In this document: positions 1-11,597 of the stretch, one piece after another
Position numbering within the stretch: the stretch's first letter is position 1
Layout: each line of letters starts with the position of its first letter
The notes under the pieces: generated by a model
What the model saw: only the letters and a program-made list of their open reading frames with translations
Told to the model about the DNA's origin: nothing
The model's database searches: none
Program-made: the position numbers and the translations under genes
Assembly: GCF_004010195.1 (NCBI RefSeq)
Contig: NC_057752.1
Coordinates: forward strand, 5,385,223-5,449,222
Direction: 5' to 3'
DNA from: Chiloscyllium plagiosum
Taxonomy: Eukaryota
Length of the DNA: 64,000 nt

Positions 1-2221
1 GTTCATGGTTGAATTCAGTATTTATTGGGAAGGAGGGTGGCAGTTACGCTAATCTGTTGGGTTTAGCACACCATTTTGCTTTAAGTTTTTGAAATGGCTG
101 TAGAGGTTAGTATGAAACTCTCCAGACAGCTTGATTTGGAGAGATGCAAATGAAGTTATTTTTATGAATGAAGAAGCAGCAACGATGAGGGCAAAAATGG
201 GTGGGACCGAGTAACAGGGTAGGTTAGAGAATGATGACTTCATCTCTGGATCCTTCATCTCAAACTAGAATGATGAAGCTTGTTACTCTAGTGTAAAATA
301 CTCTGCACCATTTGGTCAATCATTGGATAATTGCTTGATGAAAATTAAGGAAAGATTTCTAAATAGAAGCAGTGTTTCTGTTTTCTCTTGGGTTTTGGGC
401 AATGATGACGTGAAGTGAATTTAACGATGGTGCTGTTGTACGGGAACAGGGCGCATCAATTTTTCATGAGTTCAACCTCATCCAGGTTTTCACCCCAACC
501 AAAAACCACTGGGACAGAATACTTTTGAATATTGGTGCGACTATATCCTGGAGTGGGAATGATGTTTAGAAGAGGTGATGCAATGTGCAAGCTGTATTCT
601 GGAAGTGTTTCTCAGTTTGTATCGCAGTTGGTTGTAGCACATTATATAACTCAAAAATATTAGCTTGAATTTTTTTTGTTAAAAGTTCTTTTGTGTGCTA
701 CTGCATGTTCTGGTTGTGACTTTTTGTTTTTGGAAAGGCTGTGTGCAGTTTTATTGCATGCTTATTGTGGGAAAATGCACTGGCACAAATTTTATGACTT
801 TTCTCTCAACCTTTTCTTAATGTGAAGCCTTAAATTTTGAAATTCACTGGAAAAGTAGTCAAATCAGCATTTGCCTTTCATTCTGAAACATGCTCCATAA
901 TGTTTGACGTATTTTGTCAGTCAGGGTCTCTAACACTGGATTGATATTTGATTCATCCTCTAAATTTAGCCCTGTTCTTTCTTCCCTCTTGCATGTGCTG
1001 TTTCTACATGCACTCCCTTTGACCCTTCCTTTTCCACACATGCTCAAAATTGCCTTTACTGTCTATTCAACAGCAAACCTAATTGGGAGAGTACATTTCA
1101 CTGAAAGGAAATTCTTTTAAGTCCATATAGTTTTCCATGAAACGTTAGAAAGAGCCCTTGAGTTTCAGCTTTTCTCAGCACAGCTCCAAGTCAGGTAATC
1201 AAACATACAAATTGTTCACACAAACCTTCAGAAGAATCACTGGACTCAAACGTTAACTGTGTTTCTCTCTCCACAGATGCTGGCAGACCTGCTGAGTTTC
1301 TCTAGTAGCATTTGTTTGTTTTTGGCTCCAAATTAGAGTTAATGTATAATTTTCTGCTGGAACTGGCAATGCTAATATTAACCAACAATATCTTGCATCA
1401 ATGTTCAGCTTTCAATAGTAGAGCTATCACTTCAAAAATATTCTTAAACCACCTTCCCCTAGTGATACACTGATGAGCTAAATAATGCAGTTCAGGGAGG
1501 TTCCAGGTTTGATCCCTGGTTTATGTTGAGTAGAATCTAGGTCTTGGCATTTTTTTGTACTGTATTTGGCCTCATTACCATGTGTTTATAGAGAAGCAAT
1601 TCGCCTCTTGTCAGTGCAGCTCCTGGATGCACTGTTTAGATAAGCTGAGGTTCTCTTCTGTTTTTCGTTGGCATTGAGTATGGGAGCATTTACCATTTTG
1701 GCTAGGTGTGAAGAACGTCACCTTGTGTAAGATAGAGGAAATTGGCATTTATGGAACTGTACCAGAACAAACCAGTAATACCTTCAGGGTAGGAGGCAAT
1801 TCATAAAATGAAATTTTCATGAGCAATCCTTTAGTTCCATTTCTTGGCCGGGCAGGCAGGGCATTAGGCACAATTTCAGGGGTGTGCCCAGGTGTACAGA
1901 GATCAGTTCCTTGTACAGACCTCCAGATCAATTCTGTCTACAGAAGAAGTTGAAAGCACTTTTAATTCGTGTTAACAAACGTTCCTGAGTTATGCACTGC
2001 TTTTTAAAAAGAAATTCTCCCACATCTCGCAAAGTTTTCTATGCTCTGCTCCTGTGATAGATTGCCTGTGGTACTACAGTCATGAAGTTGAACAAGATGT
2101 TATAAAATACTCTGTACAATATTGTGTTGATTGGCTGGGGGAGTCACAGTAATTCCAGATTTGAGTAGAGTTGATCAGCCCAGAGTTGGCTTTTGGATGC
2201 TTTAGTTCTAGTGGTCATTGG

Positions 2222-2632
2222 GGAGACAGGCCGCCTACTTGTGGAACGTTTCAGAGAACACCTCTGGGGCACCCGCACCAACCAACCCAACCGCCCCATG
2301 GCTGAACACTTTAACTCCCCCTCCCACTCCGCCAAGGACATGCAGGTCCTTGGCCTCCTCCATCGCCAGACCATGGCAACGCGACGTCTGGAGGAGCCCT
2401 CCAACCACAAGGGATGAATGCAGATTTCTCCAGCTTATCACCCTCCCCTTAACCTCCTTCCCCCTATCACATTCCCAATGCCCCTCCCCCAAGTTCCTCC
2501 TCCCTACTTTTTATCTTAGCCTGCTTGGCACACCTTCCTCATTCTTGAAGAGGGGCTTATGCCCGAAACGTCGATTCTCCTGCTCCTTGGATGCTGCCTG
2601 ACCTGCTGCGCTTTTCCAGCAACACATTTTTC
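2222..2632 (+). mobile_element. 5'-truncated Penelope-like element (GIY-YIG C-terminal part and 3' end with hammerhead motif)
   Basis: IGETGRLLVERFREHL...PMAEHFNSPSHS; exact 18-bp direct repeat AGTTCTAGTGGTCATTGG at 2204-2221 and 2633-2650; TTGAAGA-GGGGCTTATGCCC-GAAACGTC near 2545-2572. Confidence 0.85.
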
Positions 2633-5600
2633 AGTTCTAGTGGTCATTGGTTTGGTGCAGAAGGCCAAAGCATCTGATGCCTGGGGAGGGCAACTAATTG
2701 AGCAAATTAAATAGCAGAATGATTGATTAGTTGGGCAGTGTTACAGGTCAATATATATAGTGCATTATGTCTTGATGTGGAATAGGCAATTGCTGCAGTT
2801 AATCTAACCAAAGATCAACCGATATTTAGTGCAAAACACAATGGTCCGTTGATTTTTAATACACACACAGTCAGCACTGTTATTGTGAAAATTAAAATGT
2901 TTATAAATTTGTGCTCATATGTTCAGGCGAGGCAGCAGCATCAACCAGAAATCCTTGTGGTTGACAAAAACAGTGGCATTTTGGTGATCACTGCAGCATA
3001 TGTAAAATGGCTTGTCGAATCCTGTAGTTATTGTGGCAATAGTTTCATGGAAAAAAAATCAATGGATAGGTTCCCTGGCATGAAGCCACACTGTTAATAC
3101 CTTTGAGATAAGCGATATTGTTTGTTTCTGATCATCAGAGCTAAAGCAAGCCCTTTAGTAGGAGTCAATGGCACAGTCTCTGTGTGCAAGAAATGAAGTG
3201 GCATCTTTCTTCAAAATAAAGAATGTTGTTTCTAGCAGTCAGGGAATTTGCTCTTTCTGTCACAATACCTTGACTAAATATTGTAGTAGGTCCACCATAT
3301 GTTGACCAGAGTTTAGAGTCATGTCCTGGGTGAGATTGCAACAACACGGGTTCTTCCCATTTTCAGCCAGCAAATTGCTTGCACAACTTTTGCCTGTGTG
3401 AGGTTGATTGGATTTTCTGTTGTACATGATGTATTTTTTTTTAAGGAAAGTGTAGTTTAACGATGAAAGCTAGCAGATTGAAACTGATTTGACATTGGGA
3501 AGCAGAAATTGATAATTAAATAGGACAACAACTTTTCACTGGAGGGCATTGATTAGTATTCCAAAAACAAATTGCATCAATTTGGATAGATGAGAAAAAC
3601 ATCTTTATGCCTAAGGATTTTTCAGACTGAGGACTACTCGACAACCAAAAGATAAAATGTTTCTACAAGCAAGTTACACAAATATATCTGACAGCTTCTC
3701 CATAATTCCTCATGCTTTCTTGTTAGGTCAGTAACCAGTGTAAAACAGTTAAACTGCTGTTATTTATCATTAATGCCCTACAAAAGAATATGAATTGGAA
3801 CTCTAGTATGTTACTGTTTGGGTAAAGGTTACATTTTTAGACAGGAAGTTATCTGTAGTGATAACAGGTAGCAATCAAGAAGTACCAGCAAAGTGATACT
3901 TGTTCTAGCACAACCTGATATGGCTGGACTTGGAAGGATTAACTCTTGCAGCAGGGGAGCCTTCACAGCCCCTACCCTCCCTGTCACCAGCAATGATCTC
4001 CATATTGAAGTTGTAGATCCATTTTTTTTCTTTTGCCATGTAACTTGAGAAGTCGTAAGACCAATTCTGAAATTTAACCTAAAAATAATAATCTTCTCAG
4101 GATCTGCAATGAGTAGTTGGAAGTTATGGTGAATATTGCGGCTTGTGGAATTCTTGTGTGCTCTAGTATGCATTGGGCTTTTTGGAAATTTTAATTACCT
4201 TGCTTGAAAAGGGAGGCTTTGCATGATTTACAGTCTCACTTCTAACAGTGTAAAGTCAAATACCACCCATCATTCCACCCTTTTTATTCCATAGCAAGCA
4301 TTTAATAAACCTATTAAAGCAACAAGTAAAATAAACAAAATACTGAAAAAACTCAGCAGATCAGGCAGTACCTGTATAAAGAAAAACAATGTTAATAATT
4401 CAGGTCTCTGACTTTCCATTTGAATTAGTAAAAGTTTGGAATAGGTTTTGAGCAAGTGAAAGAGTGGAGTGGTGGGAAGAAGAACAGGCTATGTTAGAGT
4501 GGAGGGCAGGGTAAATTAAATGATACAAAGTTTCATTTGGCTACACTAAAGGGAGTGATAATGGCACAAGTGAAGAAACAAAAGTGTGAATATCAGGATC
4601 CTAAATACCCGTTGTTTGAAAGAAAGGAAATAAAAGCAATGTGGAGGGGGTGAGAAACAGTCCATTTAAAACTCATTTTAACATAGAGGTATGTGCCATT
4701 GTATTGCGCACTGATTGGGTCCAAGGTACATTCTGTAATCTTAGTACCCAGAGCCTGAATATACAAGCTGATCTGTAATTCTTGTTAGTATAACACTCTG
4801 CACCTCACCATAGTGCAACTAATATAATCCTACTCATGTAACTGTGAAACACTTTCTCTTCGAGGCTTTCCCTTGCATGTGCATACGCGCATGCACGTGC
4901 ACACACACAACCACCCCACCCCACCCCACCCAATTCATTTTGTAAAACTGTGAATGTGTCTCAGTGATGTAATAAAATTAATGAGGAAGCAGTGCATATG
5001 CTTTTATGACTTCTTGATCAGTCTGCTTAAAGAAATGCGTGCTGTGGTACAACTGTGTTTTAAGCTTTTATCAATTTTCAGTCTTTGTCATCTCTTGTTT
5101 ACAATGCAATATTTACTCTTCTGTTTGTGGAGTTTGAACAATGAGGAAGTATGGTTTCATTGACTTCCCTTTAACTTGGTGTACCTTTTATTCTATTGTG
5201 GTTCAGCCTTCATATTCAAACCTCCATCTGATAAGAGTGAAACTTGGAATTACATTTTAAGTCTTGCATTTAATGTTTTGATTATCAACTCTCTAATTTG
5301 CTGCAACCTTCTTTTGAATGAACTGAGATATGCTCCCAGAATGAGGCCTTATGTGCAGCGGAATGGGGAAAGGTCATGTTACTCTCGTGGTCTTGTGTGG
5401 TGCCAAACTTGTTTTTAAAAAAAAACATGTGGTTCAGTTCAGCGTGGACATATTTGTATGTGGATTTTGAACTATCTTCAAAAAATGCGGATGATGGCAC
5501 CTGAGGTAGGTAATTAGTGTGGTATGTCCCACTTTCATTTTAAGCAATGAAGATTCTGATGTTAGACTTAACTAAATGTAATTTTATAAATGTGCAAACT

Positions 5601-5671
5601 TCAAATTTATACTTTCCGTATTATTTGTAGGTTAGCAGAGATTTTTTTTCTTAACCTTCCATATCTGACAG

Positions 5672-5843
5672 GAAGCGTTCTTTGGAAAATCACTGCTGGA
5701 CAGCAGTCGGAAGGTTTGCCTCAGTTCAGAGGGTTTCTCTGACAGTGAAAGCACTGAGTTTCCACAAGCCACGACTCAAGCGGACTCGGCACCTCAGCAG
5801 AAGGATTTAATTGAAGAAAAGCATGATGGAGCCCATGGAAAGG
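5672..5843 (+). CDS. KMT2D: KMT2D exon (~human exon 23), 172 nt, phase 0->1
   Basis: tgacag|GAAGCG ... AAGG|gtgagg; encodes EAFFGKSLLDSSRK..., the KMT2C/D EAFFGKxLLD motif. Confidence 0.92.
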
Positions 5844-7509
5844 GTGAGGGACTTCATAATAGTACTGGCATATTTTTATGTATATCTATCAATTTTGGGT
5901 CCTGGCACACATTGTGAAGGTGAAATCTGAACAGTGTATTGAAAACCCATAAATCTGAACCTTTTATTTTGATCGCATTACATTTGTTCTGGGTCTACTT
6001 TTTGAAAGAATGGAATGTAGTACAGGATTGTACCTCCTGAATCCTCCCCAGCCTTGGTACCAGGCCCTACCAGACATGAGAGTTTGCCAGGTCTTAAAAG
6101 GTAAAATGTTGGTGTCAGCATATGAATTTTTAAACCATTTCTTTTTATATTTCTGCCACTCTACTGGTATTGTACAAAAACACTTCCCTTGTGCCAAATT
6201 CTGATGATCTTTAATGGGTTATCCAGTTGTGGGGTTGTAACACCTGTACAGGCAATTGTAAAGTGTTGGTGACCATTCTCCTTGTCTGTTGTCTTGAACC
6301 AGTTTTACAACTTTTGTCTTTTTTGGCGAATCTATTGTGGCATGTATACTGTTAGGTGTTGGACCGGAGAATGCCAGATTAGGGAAATTCAATCTGTAGT
6401 CATGTGAAAAGTACTTTGATTCTTCCAGTCTAAGAACATACAGTAGCTATATTCTTGAGTACATGTGGAGACATTGCATCCAGTCTTCAAAATGAATACA
6501 AGTGAAAGACTGCTAGGAGTGTCATATGGGTAGTCTGTTTGAACCAGCATAAAAACAGGAAAATGAAAATTGACCAGTAACCCCTCGCATACAGGAAGAT
6601 TAAGGTCGATGAAAATCGGTCATTACAGTCTGGGGCACTTTTCTGCTTGCATTCCTCAGGGAATTATCCTTGGCCCAGTTGTCTTCAGTTCACTGGCTCA
6701 GGATGCACTGCAGCAATTCTCCTCACTGTTGTAGTCTCTACCACTATGAAGACTAAGAACAAGAAAACTGTTCTTGCATTCACAACCTCATACCATTTCA
6801 GGAGTACTGTAGCAATCCAAGGAAAAAAGCCCAGCAGTTCAGTGCAGGTATGCACAGGCAAACAATAAATGTAGATGATTTGGTGCAATCCACATCACAG
6901 GAATAAAAAAAGCTGTAAATTATTTTGGCATCACTAGAAAATCTCTGGAGGCAAATGGCATACACCTGAGGCTCTAATGTATGATCAGAGATTAAATTTG
7001 AGAGGTACTTCCTGTTGTCATGAAAGATCCATGAATGAAAAGGAAGATTTTGCTAATTTGGGCCTGAGTTAACTTTGTACCTATTTACAATAAAAAGGGT
7101 GATGGAGTAATCTCAGGTCTTATAGATCCATTAGCCGAGTACCTGTAACTGGCAGAATAAAGTTCCCAATAGAAGGCTAAACTAGCTCAAGACAGTAAGG
7201 ATCCTGGGTAAAACTTTAAGGTGGTAAAGTAACTAACTGACTTAGAGAGGAGTTAGAATATTGAGTTTGACCATTGGAGCAGTCAATAATCCAACATTGA
7301 GACCACTAATGTTTCTAGTTTACATAAATCATTTCAGTTCAGAAAAATAATACTGATTGGTCAGTTTCTTCTTCAGTGGCATCATTCAGAAAGTCCATAC
7401 AATCAGTAGATTAAAGCAAAATAAACCAGTGAAAGATTTACTTATCTGTCGACTGCTACCATAATGTAATTTTCCTTCATCAATAACTGTTTTCCATTAA
7501 TTCTGGCAG

Positions 7510-7608
7510 CTCCTGATGCAAAGACAATCCAAGCCATCCCAGAACATAATGGAGATCCAATCCCTGATGAACCACCTAAAACTGAAGAAACACAACCAGA
7601 TGGAATGG
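7510..7608 (+). CDS. KMT2D: KMT2D exon (~exon 24), 99 nt, phase 1->1
   Basis: tggcag|CTCCTG ... ATGG|gtgagt; open frame (A)PDAKTIQAIPEHNGDPIPDEPPKTEETQPDGM. Support is mostly splice sites and phase because the peptide is poorly conserved. Confidence 0.8.
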
Positions 7609-8162
7609 GTGAGTAGGGAGCAGGAGGAAATGTGCCTGTTGTAAATTCTATTATTTTTGGAAATGCACTGTTACAACACCAAACTTCACCCTTTGGTTTT
7701 TGTAGAACCCTGAAATAAATCCAATAACTGTTTGTAATCTAACAGCAGTTCAAGATTCATAGCTTGCGCTTAGTGCACTTATTCTATTAATTTAAATTCC
7801 AAATTCAAAGGTAACTACTTTTGATTACAAAGTCCAATGTGCTGTTAAATTATTAGTGTTCTGTAGAATAGTGGGGCAAGGTATCCAGCCAGAGTATGGT
7901 GTGTGCGCTGGTATGGGAAAAGCGACGGTACTGCAACCATGTTTCTAAATATTTAATTAGTAATGAACGTTTATTACTAAAGGTCTAGGTTCAAATGTTT
8001 GTCATGGTTGGTCAATGAAAGAATTTAAACAAGGCAGCTGTCTTGTGTTTAGGCAGCGCATGGAGCACAGAAAAATCTGAAAGGGAGTAAACTTTGAATG
8101 TAATTAAAAATAGTATACAGAATACCTATTTCCTTTTGTTCGCACTGCTACTGTCAAAACTA

Positions 8163-11100
8163 GGTCAGAAGTCACATGACACCAAGTTATAGTCCAATGG
8201 ATTTATTTGAAATCCCAAGCTTTCAGAGTACTGCTCCTTTGTCAGATGAAGTGAAGAGAAGCACACGGACACAGAATTTATAGGCAGAGAGCGAAAGATC
8301 ATATAAATGTGTGAGTGGAGTGTCAACAGGCTGAATAAAAAGTCTCTGCGGGTGATCAAAAGTGTCAGATGTGAGAGTAAAGTGTCAGCAGCTGAATAGT
8401 AAGTGAAGGGATGACCTATGATCCGATTAATTGAAGCAGAGATAATTACAAAAAATAAGACGGTGCTGGAGACAAATCAAATGGCTGGAATAAGATGATA
8501 GGTATAAGAGTCACGTGGCGAAGGTTGAACCAAAGTAACAGGTAATCCAAAACTACAAACTAATTAAGGTAGAGAGATCATGATAATTTATCAATGTGGT
8601 ATTGTCAAAATAGGACAGTAAGAAAGATTTTACAATAGAGAGTACAGTCTGGTTACCCCTAGTGCGACATGGACCCAAGATCACAGTTGAGGCCATCTTC
8701 ATGGGTACGGAACTTGGCTATCAGTTTTGCTCGGCAATTCTGCATTGTTGTGTGTCTCTAAGGCTGCCTTCGAGGGTGCTTACCCGAAGATAGGAGGCCG
8801 AATACCCTTGACTGCTGAGGTGTTCCCCGACTGGGAGGGAGCATTCTTGACAGGCGATTGTTGTGCGGCGCCCATTTATCCATTGTAGTAACGCCTGCAT
8901 GGTCTTGTCAATAAACCGTGCCTCAGGGCATCCTGGCCTGTAGTGACAGCATTGGCCGAGTCACATGAACATCTGCACTGTACGTATGGGTGGTGTTCCC
9001 ATAGGTGATGAGTGTCAATGTCCATGATCTGCATGTCTTGCAAAGATTGCCGTGGCAGAATTGTGGTCGATGCTGTCCTGAAGGCTGGGTAGTTTGCTGG
9101 AAACGATGGTCTGTTTAAGGTTTGATGGTTGTTTGAAGGCGAAAGGTGGAGGCGTAGAGATGATCATGGCGAGATGTTCGTTGTCATTCTTGACGTATTG
9201 AAGGCTGCGAAGGACATGGTGTAGTGTTTCTGCTCCAGGTGAAGGGTACTGTATTGATCGTGTTCTGTGTCTTGTCTTCTGAGGCGGTTGTTGTGGCTTT
9301 TTGCTGTGGCACATGAGAACTGGTGATTAATCAGTTGAGCGTCATCGTACCCTGTTCTTATGAGCGGGATGCGATCTTCAATTCATCGATTGCCAGTTCC
9401 GATGTGCCACAGTGAAGAACTTCAACAACCTTCTCAGAAGACAGACACAGAACATGACCAATCGAGTACCCTCTGTCCAGTACTTCCCCAGAGCAGAGAA
9501 ACTCTGCCGCGTTCTTTGCGAAGATCATCTCTACACCTCCACTTCTCGCCTTCAAACAACTGCCAAACCTTAAATAGACGATCATTAGCAGCAAACTGCC
9601 AAGCCTTCAGGACAGCATCAACCACAACACCACACAATCCTGCCACAGCAACCTCTGCAAAAAATACAGATCAGCGACATGGATACACTCATTACACGTG
9701 GGAACGCCACCCACGTTTACGTGGCAGATACTCCTGTGACTCGGCCAATGGTGCCAACCTCATACGCGTTCGGCAAGGATGCCCTGAGGCATGGTTTATT
9801 GGCAAGACCATGCAGGCACTACAACGGATGAATGGACACCGCACAACAATCGCCTGACAGGAATGTTCCCTCCCGGTCAAGGGCATTCGGCCTCTGATCT
9901 TCGGGTAAGTGTCCTCCAAGGCAGCCTTTGAGATACTCCACAACGCAGAATCACCAAGCAGAAACTGATCGCCAAGTTCTGTACCCATGAAGATGGCCTC
10001 AACTGTGATCTTGGGTTCATGTTGCACTCCATGTAACCCCACCATACTGTACTGTATTGTAAAATCTTCCTTATTGTCCTGTTTTGACGATACCACGTTG
10101 ATAAATTGTTATGATCTCTCAACTTTAATTATTTTGTACAGTTTTGGGTTACTTGTTACTTTGATTTGACCTTCAGCATGCGACTCTTAGACCTATCATC
10201 ATATTTGAGCCATTTGATTTGTCTCCAACACCATCTTTCTTTTAATTTTTTGTAATTATCTCTGCTTCAATTAATCGGATCATAAGTCATCCCTTCACTT
10301 GCTATTCAGCTGTTGACACTTGATCACCCGCAGAGACTTATTATTCAACCTGTCGACACTCCACTCACACTATTTGTATGATCTTTCAAACTGTCTGCCG
10401 ATTTCTGTGTCTGTGCTTCTCTTCACTTCACCACCTGATAAGAGGAGCAGCACTCTCCTTTCAGAATGGCAGGCGGTGACCAGTGGGGTACCGCAGGGAT
10501 CAGTGCTGGGACCGCAGCTTTTTACAATATATATTAATGATATAGAAAATGGTGTTAATAGTAACATTAGCAAATTTGCTGATGATACAAAGCTGGGTGG
10601 CAGGGTGAAATGTGAGGAGGATGTTAGGAGATTACAGGGTGACCTGGACAGGTTAGGTAAGTGGACAGATGCATGGCTGATGCAGTTTAATGTGGATAAA
10701 TGTATGGTTATCCACTTTGGTGGCAAGAACAGGAAGGCAGATTACTACCTAAATGGAGTCAAATTAGGTGAAGGGGCAGTACAAAGTGATCTGGGTGTTC
10801 TTGTACACCAGTCAATGAAGGCAAGCTTGCAGGTACAGCAGGTAGTGAAGGAAACTAATAGCATGCTGGCCTTCATAACAAGAGGGATTGCGTATAGAAG
10901 CAAAGAGGTTCTTCTGCAGCTGTACAGGGCCCTGGTGAGACCGCACCTGAATATTGTGTGCAGTTCTGGTCTCCAAATTTGAGGAAAGACATTCTGGCTA
11001 CTGAGGGAGTGCAGCGTAGGTTGACTAGGTCAATTCCTGGAATGGCGGGACTATCTTATGTTGAAAGATTGGAGCGACTGGGCTTGTATACCCTTGAGTT

Positions 11101-11597
11101 TAGAAGACTGAGAGAGGATCTGATTGAGACATATAAGATTATTAAAGGTTTGGACACTCTGGAGGCAGGACACATATTTCCACTGATGGGTGAGTGCCGA
11201 ACCAGAGGACACAACTTAAAAATAAGGGGTAGGCCATTTAGGACAGAGATGACGAGAAACTTCTTCACCCAGAGAGTGGTGGCTGTGTGGAATGCTCTGC
11301 CCCAGAAGGCAGTGGAGGCCAAGTCTCTGGATTCGTTTAAGAAAGAGTTGGATAGAGCTCTCAAGGATAGTAGAATCAAGGGTTATGGAGATAAGGCAGG
11401 AACAGGATACTGATTGAGGATGATCAGCCATGATCATAACGAATGGTGCAGGCTCGAAGGGCAGAATGGCCTACTCCTGCACCTATTGTCTATTGTCACT
11501 CTGAAAGCTGATTTCAAATAAGCCTGTTGGTCTATAACCTGGTGTCCTGTGACTTCTGACTTTGTCCACCCCAGTCCAACACCAGCACCTCCACATC
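8163..11597. mobile_element. Head-to-head (palindromic) Penelope-like insertion; left arm on -, right arm on +, right arm split by a CR1
   Basis: 8164-9357 is the diverged reverse complement of 9362-10456 plus 11503-11560; GIY-YIG-like YSCDSAN..LIR...CPEAWFIGKTMQ..RMNGHR; 13-bp TSD ACTGTC(A/G)AAACTA at 8150-8162 and 11598-11610. Confidence 0.85.
10457..11496 (+). mobile_element. 5'-truncated CR1-clade LINE (RT C-terminal half and 3' tail)
   Basis: [46 protein letters not shown] over two ORFs with one frameshift; CTATTGT x2 tail; CACTCT TSD at 10451-10456 and 11497-11502. Confidence 0.93.

Noticed and set aside
1..5671. Upstream KMT2D exon ending ...FPAYLQ
   Set aside because: No matching coding segment found; it presumably lies before the window.
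10320..11413. Functional reverse transcriptase gene
   Set aside because: 5'-truncated, frameshifted CR1; the ORF start is a chance fusion with Penelope non-coding sequence.
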